This document shows, one piece after another, positions 1 through 7,534 of a stretch of DNA of 47,338 nucleotides. The position numbers and the translations under genes are program-made. Position 1 is the first letter of the stretch, and every line of letters starts with the position of its first letter. Below the pieces are notes generated by a model. The model did not search any database. It worked only from the letters and a program-made list of their open reading frames with translations, and was not told the DNA's origin. Source of the stretch: a virus (taxonomy: Duplodnaviria > Caudoviricetes); IMG/VR virus record IMGVR_UViG_3300033067_001623, positions 1 through 47,338 of that record. The stretch is one strand, 5' to 3'.

Positions 1-462
1 ACAGGAAATAGAATAAGAATATTTCCAAGACCAACTACAGATTTTAGAATGTGGTTTGCGTATACAATAGATGATGATTCAGATCCATTTTTTCAAGATT
101 CAAATACATCAACAGGAGTAATTACAAATCATAGTAATATTCCTTATTATAAAGTAAAATATTCATATATTAATGATTTAGGTGTACAATGGATAAAGAA
201 ATATACATTGGCAGTAAGCAAAGAAATTTTGGGATATATTCGTGGAAAATTTTCGACGATACCTATACCTAATCAAGAAGCAACATTAAATGGTGATGCG
301 TTATTAACAGCAGCACAAGAAGAGAAAACAGCACTAGTAGATAAATTAAATGAAATATTAGATTCTTTCTCAAGACAAGCACAATTAGAAAGAAAACAAG
401 CAGAAGCAGAAGCAACACAACAACAATTAAAAAATATTCCACTACCAATTTATGTAAGGTAA
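1..462 (+). CDS. Neck/head-completion protein (T4 gp13-like), 5'-truncated
   Basis: Frame is open from base 1 (TGNRIRIFPRP...). C-terminus WIKKYTLA...LG.IRGKF...TLNGD..P.PIY resembles T4-like neck proteins. Sits upstream of the neck/tail genes. Confidence 0.7.
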   Translation, partial: TGNRIRIFPRPTTDFRMWFAYTIDDDSDPFFQDSNTSTGVITNHSNIPYYKVKYSYINDLGVQWIKKYTLAVSKEILGYIRGKFSTIPIPNQEATLNGDALLTAAQEEKTALVDKLNEILDSFSRQAQLERKQAEAEATQQQLKNIPLPIYVR

Positions 463-467
463 ATAAA

Positions 468-701
468 ATGAGATCAAAACAACAATTATTAGAAGACAAA
501 TTAAGACCAATAGTTAAAAGTGTTTTAAATGAATCTAATAAGAAAGTTATTAAAGAATCTTTAACACTTAAAGATTTTACAGATTCGAGAATAGATGCAG
601 TATTTTTTAGTCCAAATAAAAAGATTTGGGTTATAAATACTAGTAAAGGTTCTTTATTTTTAGATCATACTGGCGGTTATGTAGCCAAAAAGATAGGATA
701 A
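468..701 (+). CDS. Small hypothetical protein with shared leader (putative internal virion protein)
   Basis: 77 aa. N-terminus MRSKQQLLEDKLRPIVKSVLNE is near-identical to that of ORF 1263-1544. Confidence 0.5.
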   Translation: MRSKQQLLEDKLRPIVKSVLNESNKKVIKESLTLKDFTDSRIDAVFFSPNKKIWVINTSKGSLFLDHTGGYVAKKIG

Positions 702-704
702 TTT

Positions 705-1253
705 GTGCCACTATTTGGATCAGCAGAAGATGCATCGTTTGTGAAAAATATCAATAAGGAACTATTACAAAATGTAATTGGTAATGAAGTTGAATTGTAT
801 AAACTATCTTTAGACGATACCAAAGTAAATATTTATTCTGAAGGTACTGTAAAGACTTATTATAATCCAATTAAAGTATGTGCTATAATAGATAACCAAC
901 AAAACGTTGCGGAAGATGGAGAAGTAGGACTAGATAAATCAAGATTAACTACTTTTGGATTTTTAAGGGATCATTTAAAACAGATCCAATTTGTAATCGA
1001 AGTAGGGGATATAATTGGTTGGGATAATGCATATTTTGAAGTAGATAATATTTTAGATGGACAATATTGGATTGGCAGAAATAATGAAACATTATTGGGT
1101 AACGAACAAAATCAATTATCTAATTTTTATGGTCTTTCAGTATCAGTAATAGCAGAATGCCATATAGCTAGAGAATCTTCAATACAATTGAGTAATACTA
1201 ATTATGGTATTCCAAAGACACAGAATAATATAAGTATACCAAAAAATTTATAA
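705..1253 (+). CDS. Neck/head-tail connector protein (gp14-like)
   Basis: GTG start. NIYSE...GD.I.W...YFEV motifs. Lies between gp13-like and gp15-like genes. Confidence 0.6.
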   Translation: MPLFGSAEDASFVKNINKELLQNVIGNEVELYKLSLDDTKVNIYSEGTVKTYYNPIKVCAIIDNQQNVAEDGEVGLDKSRLTTFGFLRDHLKQIQFVIEVGDIIGWDNAYFEVDNILDGQYWIGRNNETLLGNEQNQLSNFYGLSVSVIAECHIARESSIQLSNTNYGIPKTQNNISIPKNL

Positions 1254-1587
1254 GGCAATAAAATGAAAACAAAACAACAAATTTTAGAAGACAAATTACG
1301 ACCTTTTATACAAAAGATTTTAAATGAAGGTGAATATGATGAAAAAGGCAAGTATTATACAATGCATTCTGTATCAGGTGCACCAGATCCCGAATATATG
1401 ACTATATCTAAAGTATCTCCCGAATATGTAGGTAAAAAACTATCTGATTGCATTGTAATATATGTTGGTCACCATGGTGCAGAAATGATGTTAGGCCCAA
1501 AAGAAATAACTAAATTGATAAAAATATTACAATCTTTTTTATAAATATATCACAAAGAAGTATTAATATACCAAAAAATTTATAAGG
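1235..1587 (+). repeat. 21-bp perfect direct repeat TATACCAAAAAATTTATAAGG flanking ORF 1263-1544
   Basis: Identical copies at 1235-1255 and 1567-1587. Confidence 0.9.
1263..1544 (+). CDS. Small hypothetical protein with shared leader (putative internal virion protein)
   Basis: 93 aa, begins MKTKQQILEDKLRPFIQKILNE. Confidence 0.5.
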   Translation: MKTKQQILEDKLRPFIQKILNEGEYDEKGKYYTMHSVSGAPDPEYMTISKVSPEYVGKKLSDCIVIYVGHHGAEMMLGPKEITKLIKILQSFL

Positions 1588-1594
1588 AAAATGA

Positions 1595-2479
1595 TTGCCA
1601 TCAAATCCACAAATATTATCAAGTGATTATGGAATAGTACTTCCAGACGATTCTCGTGCATATGACATGAGAAGGGATAATGATGTGGTCAAGGTACCTG
1701 CCATTACATTATATGATATTGATTATGCAATATTCTACCATCTAAATAATTTACAAAGATTTAAAGTTGAACAAGAAGGAATTTCAATTGATGTTCCTGT
1801 GATGTTTGCTGGTGGAGAAAAATGGGTACAATATAGAGAATTTGGTTATCTACGTGATAATAAGAATAAAATAATGGCTCCTTTAATTACAATAAAAAGG
1901 ACAAACATTACAGACGATGAAAGAATTCCATCCACTACAATAAATTACATTAAACCAGTTTTAAGATATTATGGATACAAGTCCCTTAACATGCAATATG
2001 ATAGGACTAGAGGACAGTATGCTACACATGAATCTAACGAATATTATTTAATAGATTTTCCAAATTATATTCGGGTAGGTTATGAACTATTAATATGGAC
2101 AGAATCCATGGAACAAATGAATGGAATATTAGAAGCTTTAATTGCAGATAATAACCATATGTGGGGAGATTCATTTAAATTCAGAACTGTTATAACCGAT
2201 ACTACTACTGATACTGTTAATGCTCCTGGATTAGATAGAATGGTTAAGGCAACAGTAACATTGCAAGTTGATGGATATGTGCGTGCAGAATATGAAAGAA
2301 GAGAATCTAATATAACAAAAGCTTTTTCTATAAAAAGAATAGATTTTTTATCAGAATCCACAGAATCTGAGTTTTATCTGAATCAGCCTACAGATATTAA
2401 ATCTAATTCACATATATCACAGCAACCGTATGAAGAAATGCAAAAGGCAGGTAAAAGAGATATTCGTTATAGAAATTAA
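1595..2479 (+). CDS. Tail completion/sheath stabilizer (gp15-like)
   Basis: TTG start. VPV.FA.GEKW...P.I.I.R and P.YI.V.Y.L.IWT..MEQMN motifs. Immediately upstream of the sheath gene. Confidence 0.7.
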   Translation: MPSNPQILSSDYGIVLPDDSRAYDMRRDNDVVKVPAITLYDIDYAIFYHLNNLQRFKVEQEGISIDVPVMFAGGEKWVQYREFGYLRDNKNKIMAPLITIKRTNITDDERIPSTTINYIKPVLRYYGYKSLNMQYDRTRGQYATHESNEYYLIDFPNYIRVGYELLIWTESMEQMNGILEALIADNNHMWGDSFKFRTVITDTTTDTVNAPGLDRMVKATVTLQVDGYVRAEYERRESNITKAFSIKRIDFLSESTESEFYLNQPTDIKSNSHISQQPYEEMQKAGKRDIRYRN

Positions 2480-2551
2480 TTGAAAAATAATTAGTTTAGA
2501 TTTTTATAATAATAAATATTATAGAATTTAAAATAGAATAAGGATGCTAGA

Positions 2552-4393
2552 ATGGCAAAAAATACTTTCCTATCGCCAGGAGTTTATACTAGAGAAAATG
2601 ATTTAAGTTACCTTCCTCAGAAGTTAACAGCAGTAGGTGCTGCATTTGTCGGTCCAACAGTTAGAGGTCCTGCAATGGTACCTATACAAATATCTACATA
2701 TTCTGAATATTTAAGGTGGTTCGGTGATTTATTCGCGTCTGGATCAGGACAAACTAAGTTAGAATATAAATATTTAACTACATATGCTGTACAAGAATAT
2801 TTGAGATATGGAGAAGTTGCAACAGTAATTAGAATATTGGCTGGATCTTATGGACCTGCATATTCATACGTTGTAGCATCAGGATCATATTATGCGGTTC
2901 CTTCTTCTAGTGCCAGTTATGCAGCAACAGATATGTGTTTTAAATTATCTGCGTTATCTGACGGTGATATTTCTAATTCAGGAACAGCAGCAGCTTCAAT
3001 ATCAGGTTCAGGAGTAGCAGCAGATATAACAACAGGTGGATTATTAGTTTCAGGATCTTCTTATAATATGAGATGGGAAATTGCTAATGTTAATCAGAAT
3101 CGTGGTACATTTGACCTATATATTAGACGTGGTGATGATATTGATAGTAGAAAAGTAATACTAGAACAATATAATCAAGTAACATTGGATGCGAAAGAAC
3201 CAAACTTTATTTCAAAAGTAATTGGTGACATGACATGGACATTAAGATATGATTCTAGTGGCGCTCCATATTTACAAAAATCCGGATCTTATCAAAACAG
3301 AAGTAGATTTATTCGTTGTGAAGTAATTAAGAATACATTGAATTATCTTAATGATAATGGAACTATAAGAGATACAAATTATACGGCGTCAATGCCAGCA
3401 GCAGTTTCCGGAACATTTTCGAATGGTTCGGAAGGTAATGTAACACATCCGAGAGCATTATATGGAGATATATGGAATTCAAATACACAAGGATTTAATT
3501 TAGCTTCATCATCCAGTGCATATGGTGCTCAGGCATATCAAGATGCAATAGATATTTTATCTAATAAAGACCAGTATGATATTAACTTATTGTTCATGCC
3601 AGGTTTAATAGATGGATTAGCAGCTCATGCAACATTATTGACTAGAGCAATTAATATGTGTGAAGATAGAGGTGATGTGATGCTAGTAATGGATCCAACT
3701 TATTTTGGATCAACTGTAGGACAAGCACAAAACGCAGCAGAAGCTAGGAATACTAATTATGCAGCTATTTACTATCCATGGTGTCAGATACCAGATGCCG
3801 ATTTAGGACGAAACGTATGGGTACCTCCATCAGCAATTATATCAGGTGTATATTCATTTAATGATAAAATAGCACATCCATGGTATGCTCCAGCAGGTCT
3901 TAATAGAGGACAGTTGGATCAAGTTATCCAAACAGAACGTTTGATGACACAAAATGATCGTGATAATTTGTATCAAGTAAATGTAAATCCAATTGCTAGT
4001 TTCCCTAAAACAGGTATGGCGATCTGGGGACAGAAAACATTACAGAAAAAGAAATCAGCATTAGATAGAATAAATGTAAGAAGGTTATTAATTGATGCAA
4101 AAAGATTTATAGCTGAAACTACAAAATATTTAGTGTTTGAAAATAATACGGTTGAAACAAGACAAAAATTCATTGAAATAACAGATCCGTATTTCAGAAA
4201 TGTTAAAGCATTACAAGGTTTATATGATTATAGAATCGTAATTGATGAAAGAAATAATACACCAGATGTAATTGACAGAAATGAAATGAGAGCTAGTATA
4301 TGGTTAAAACCAGCAAAAACTGTGGAATTCTTAATTGTAGATTTCAATATACTTCCTACAGGCGCTTTATTTCCATATGATGCAAAAAGTTAA
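2552..4393 (+). CDS. Contractile tail sheath protein (gp18-like)
   Basis: FLSPGVYTREND N-terminus; WYAPAGLNRG, NPI, WGQKTL, RINVRRL and FE.N motifs. Confidence 0.97.
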   Translation: MAKNTFLSPGVYTRENDLSYLPQKLTAVGAAFVGPTVRGPAMVPIQISTYSEYLRWFGDLFASGSGQTKLEYKYLTTYAVQEYLRYGEVATVIRILAGSYGPAYSYVVASGSYYAVPSSSASYAATDMCFKLSALSDGDISNSGTAAASISGSGVAADITTGGLLVSGSSYNMRWEIANVNQNRGTFDLYIRRGDDIDSRKVILEQYNQVTLDAKEPNFISKVIGDMTWTLRYDSSGAPYLQKSGSYQNRSRFIRCEVIKNTLNYLNDNGTIRDTNYTASMPAAVSGTFSNGSEGNVTHPRALYGDIWNSNTQGFNLASSSSAYGAQAYQDAIDILSNKDQYDINLLFMPGLIDGLAAHATLLTRAINMCEDRGDVMLVMDPTYFGSTVGQAQNAAEARNTNYAAIYYPWCQIPDADLGRNVWVPPSAIISGVYSFNDKIAHPWYAPAGLNRGQLDQVIQTERLMTQNDRDNLYQVNVNPIASFPKTGMAIWGQKTLQKKKSALDRINVRRLLIDAKRFIAETTKYLVFENNTVETRQKFIEITDPYFRNVKALQGLYDYRIVIDERNNTPDVIDRNEMRASIWLKPAKTVEFLIVDFNILPTGALFPYDAKS

Positions 4394-4421
4394 TTAATAA
4401 AATAAATAAAGGAGATAGGCA

Positions 4422-4901
4422 ATGCCTAGAGTAGTAACGCCAGATTCATTTCACCCAAGTTTACAATTTAGATATCAAATTCTAAGTTCAAAGATACCTG
4501 GGGCAGCTATATATGCTAGATCAGCACAACAACCAGGATTTGATAATGCTCCAGTAACAATGGAACATATTAATGCTTATTTTAAAGTAAAAGGTAAGAC
4601 CAGGTGGAACGATATAACTTTGAGTTGTTATCAATACGAAGGAATTACAGCTAGTGAAGTATGGCAATATACACAGGATCACCAAGCAGTACCTGGAGCA
4701 ACTGATTTTCATGCACCAAATTATAAACATGATATGACGGTGAATATATTAGCTCCTGATGGAACAACTCCTACTGCAACTTTTTCATTGAAAGGTGCAT
4801 TCTTCGGAGCAGCAGTTTGGGGCGATATGGATTGGGGAACAGATGATCCTATTCAATGTGAATTAACAATTGTATACGATTGGTGTGATAAAACATTATA
4901 A
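4422..4901 (+). CDS. Tail tube protein (gp19-like), probable major copy
   Basis: 159 aa directly after the sheath gene. FRY...KGKT.W..IT...L.GAF....G.MDW...YD tube signature. Confidence 0.85.
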   Translation: MPRVVTPDSFHPSLQFRYQILSSKIPGAAIYARSAQQPGFDNAPVTMEHINAYFKVKGKTRWNDITLSCYQYEGITASEVWQYTQDHQAVPGATDFHAPNYKHDMTVNILAPDGTTPTATFSLKGAFFGAAVWGDMDWGTDDPIQCELTIVYDWCDKTL

Positions 4902-4931
4902 AATTTATTAACAAAATAAAAAGAAAATATT

Positions 4932-5156
4932 ATGAGCGAAAGTACATTATCATTAATCAGACACATCCTAACAGCATTAGGAACAGTACTTACATTACTT
5001 GGATTGACTAAATATACAGGTATTGTAGACTATCTTACTAATAACTTAGATGCCGTACAAGCAGCTATTGTTACGTTGGTAGGTGTAGTTACAGCAATTT
5101 GGGGATTCTTAAAAAATAAGGATAGATTACAATTGCGTACTGATGCAAAAAAATAA
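4932..5156 (+). CDS. Small two-TM membrane protein, putative holin
   Basis: 74 aa, IRHILTALG motif, two hydrophobic helices and a basic C-terminus. Confidence 0.55.
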   Translation: MSESTLSLIRHILTALGTVLTLLGLTKYTGIVDYLTNNLDAVQAAIVTLVGVVTAIWGFLKNKDRLQLRTDAKK

Positions 5157-5184
5157 GAGTTGTTAAAAGCTTCTTTCATTGTTT

Positions 5185-5218
5185 AAAAGGTGTAGGATTA
5201 ATTTCTTACGCCTTTTTT
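5185..5218 (+). terminator. Rho-independent terminator
   Basis: Hairpin AAAAGGTGTAGGA-ttaatt-TCTTACGCCTTTT (with G:U pairs) ending in a T-tract. Confidence 0.8.
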
Positions 5219-5250
5219 AGTAAAATCTATTTCTATTAATATTTATTAAC

Positions 5251-5727
5251 ATGCCGCGAATTGCTACACCAGAAGCTTTACATCCATCATTACAGTTTAG
5301 ATATAGTATTATATCATCTAGATTACCAGGAGCTATTCTATATGCTAGATCTTGTGATTTACCATCACTAACACAGGATGCAGTTGTAGCATATCATATA
5401 AATGATTCGATGAAGGTAAAGGGCAGAACTAATTGGAATCCAATTACTTTTACATGTTATACATATGAATTAATTACAGTAAATGATGTATGGTCTTATT
5501 TTCGACAACATCAACTTGCAGCAGTAGCAATTGATTTAAATCCTGCAGATTATAAAGCAGATTTTACTATAACAGTTTTAACTCCTGAGGGTATACCCAT
5601 TAATATATGGTCGGTTAAAGATGCATTCATGACAGATGTTAAGTTCGGAAGTATGGATTGGGGAGTGGATGATCCTATTAATGTAACAGTAACCTTAGAA
5701 TATGATTGGGCAGATAAGGTATTTTAA
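5251..5727 (+). CDS. Tail tube paralogue 2
   Basis: 158 aa, aligns end-to-end with 4422-4901 (HPSLQFRY.I.SS..PGA..YARS; MDWG.DDPI; YDW). Confidence 0.8.
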   Translation: MPRIATPEALHPSLQFRYSIISSRLPGAILYARSCDLPSLTQDAVVAYHINDSMKVKGRTNWNPITFTCYTYELITVNDVWSYFRQHQLAAVAIDLNPADYKADFTITVLTPEGIPINIWSVKDAFMTDVKFGSMDWGVDDPINVTVTLEYDWADKVF

Positions 5728-5729
5728 TT

Positions 5730-6206
5730 ATGGCAAGACTTTCACCATCACAACATAAACCTATTCTTGGAATTAGAATGAAACTGCAGGTATCTTCATT
5801 ACCTCAGGCGTATATATATTGTAAATCCTTTGAATTACCGTCTTTTGATAATTCAGTAATTACTGCTGAATATGGAAATACACAAATGAAAGTAAAAGGT
5901 AAGACAAAATGGAATTCATTGCCTATTACATGTTATTTATATGAAGGAATAACAATAACAGAATTTTGGGAGTGGGTAACAAAGCATCAAAAAACAGATG
6001 ATGGAGAAGATCAATACGCAGATAATTATAAGGTGGATGTAATTTTAAATGTATTGGCTCCTGATGGAGTACAACCAGTGCATCAATTTACATTAATAGG
6101 CACATTAATAGGAGCAGCTTCATTAGGACAATTTGATTGGGCTTCAAATGACATTGCTGAAATGTCAATAACATTAGAATATGATTATTCAAAGAAAACT
6201 TTATAA
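5730..6206 (+). CDS. Tail tube paralogue 3
   Basis: 158 aa; KVKGKTKWN, YEGIT..E.W, LAPDG, DW and YDY motifs shared with the other two copies. Confidence 0.78.
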   Translation: MARLSPSQHKPILGIRMKLQVSSLPQAYIYCKSFELPSFDNSVITAEYGNTQMKVKGKTKWNSLPITCYLYEGITITEFWEWVTKHQKTDDGEDQYADNYKVDVILNVLAPDGVQPVHQFTLIGTLIGAASLGQFDWASNDIAEMSITLEYDYSKKTL

Positions 6207-6222
6207 ACTAAATAAATAAATT

Positions 6223-6990
6223 ATGACAGAAACACAATTAAAATCGCCATTTCCAACACAAATGGTAGAATTACCTTCAAAGGGATTGTTATATCCTGAG
6301 GATAATCCTTTATCAAAAGGAGTAATTGAATTAAAGTATATGACAGCTAGAGAGGAAGACATTCTTACAACGGAGTCATATATTAAACAAGGAGTAGTAT
6401 TAGATAAACTATTTCAGTCGTTAATAGTAGATAAATCTATAAATTATGATTCCATTTTATTAGGCGATAGAAATGCAATAATGATTGCATCAAGAATTTA
6501 TGGATATGGAGAAATTTATAAGTTTGAAGTAACTGCACCATCAGGTAAAAAACAACCAGTATCGTTAGATTTGAATGAATTGAAAGCAAAAGAATTTGAC
6601 GAAGATTTAATTACGCCTGGTGTCAATGAATTTACATATACAACTCCATTTGGAAAGAATGTTATAAAATTTAAATTATTGACAGTAGGAGATGAAAGAA
6701 TTATTGATGAAAGATTAAAGAAACACAAAACACCAGGTTCAAAAGATTCAAAACTTACTACTAGATTATTTCAAATGATAATTGATGTGGACGGTAAAAC
6801 AGAACCACCATATATTAGATCGTTTATTGAAAATCAATTAAGAGCGCTGGATTCAAGGGCATTCAGAGAGTATATTAATACAATACAACCAAATGTGGAT
6901 ATGAGTATTGAATTAGTGGACGAGGAAACCGATGAACCCTTTCAAGCAACAGTTAGTATCGGACTCGATTTTTTCTGGCCTGACATATGA
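6223..6990 (+). CDS. Baseplate hub assembly/tail assembly chaperone (gp26-like)
   Basis: ELPSKG..YP, MTA.EEDIL, GDRNAI.IA.RI..YG motifs and C-terminal FFWPD. Lies between the tube genes and the tape measure gene. Confidence 0.7.
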   Translation: MTETQLKSPFPTQMVELPSKGLLYPEDNPLSKGVIELKYMTAREEDILTTESYIKQGVVLDKLFQSLIVDKSINYDSILLGDRNAIMIASRIYGYGEIYKFEVTAPSGKKQPVSLDLNELKAKEFDEDLITPGVNEFTYTTPFGKNVIKFKLLTVGDERIIDERLKKHKTPGSKDSKLTTRLFQMIIDVDGKTEPPYIRSFIENQLRALDSRAFREYINTIQPNVDMSIELVDEETDEPFQATVSIGLDFFWPDI

Positions 6991-7195
6991 GTTCTTCGGA
7001 TTAACATTTGAGTATAATCAAAAAGTGTTTGAACAGATATTTGATCTTGTTTATAGAGGAAAAGGTGGATTTACATTTAATGATGTTTATTTGATGCCAG
7101 TAAATCTAAGATCTTTTTATTATATGAAGTTAGCTGATTGTATAGTAGCAGAAAATCAAGCACAACAAGCAAATAATACAACAGGAAAAAGGTAA
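6932..7195 (+). CDS. Second tail-chaperone ORF, probably a frameshifted extension of 6223-6990
   Basis: In the +1 frame, overlapping the end of the upstream gene across a T6 run. GGFT..DVY.MP...R..Y resembles the small second ORF of chaperone pairs. Confidence 0.6.
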   Translation: MNPFKQQLVSDSIFSGLTYEFFGLTFEYNQKVFEQIFDLVYRGKGGFTFNDVYLMPVNLRSFYYMKLADCIVAENQAQQANNTTGKR

Positions 7196-7198
7196 AAT

Positions 7199-7534
7199 AT
7201 GAATATGAATGGAATATTAGCTGGTTTAGTTGCTGCTTTAAAAGCACCTTCATTAGCATGGAATATTTTAAAACACGGAGGATTAGAAGCAGATAAACGT
7301 TCTGATGAAGATATTAAAGCTTTCATTGATAATATTAAAGAGCTTAAAAAGAATCTAGAAGATATCTGTAAAAATGATCCTACTTTTAATTTATGTGAAA
7401 AATACTTTTCAGGTTATTATGATAAGTACTTACCAACTGAACCTAAATTAGATAAAACAATGGTAGGTAAAACTATACCTAAAAAAGATCTTAAGAAAAA
7501 TACAGTTGATGTTAAATGGACTAAAATAAAATAA
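7199..7534 (+). CDS. Hypothetical protein
   Basis: 111-aa ORF whose stop overlaps the tape measure start (TAATG). Confidence 0.6.
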   Translation: MNMNGILAGLVAALKAPSLAWNILKHGGLEADKRSDEDIKAFIDNIKELKKNLEDICKNDPTFNLCEKYFSGYYDKYLPTEPKLDKTMVGKTIPKKDLKKNTVDVKWTKIK

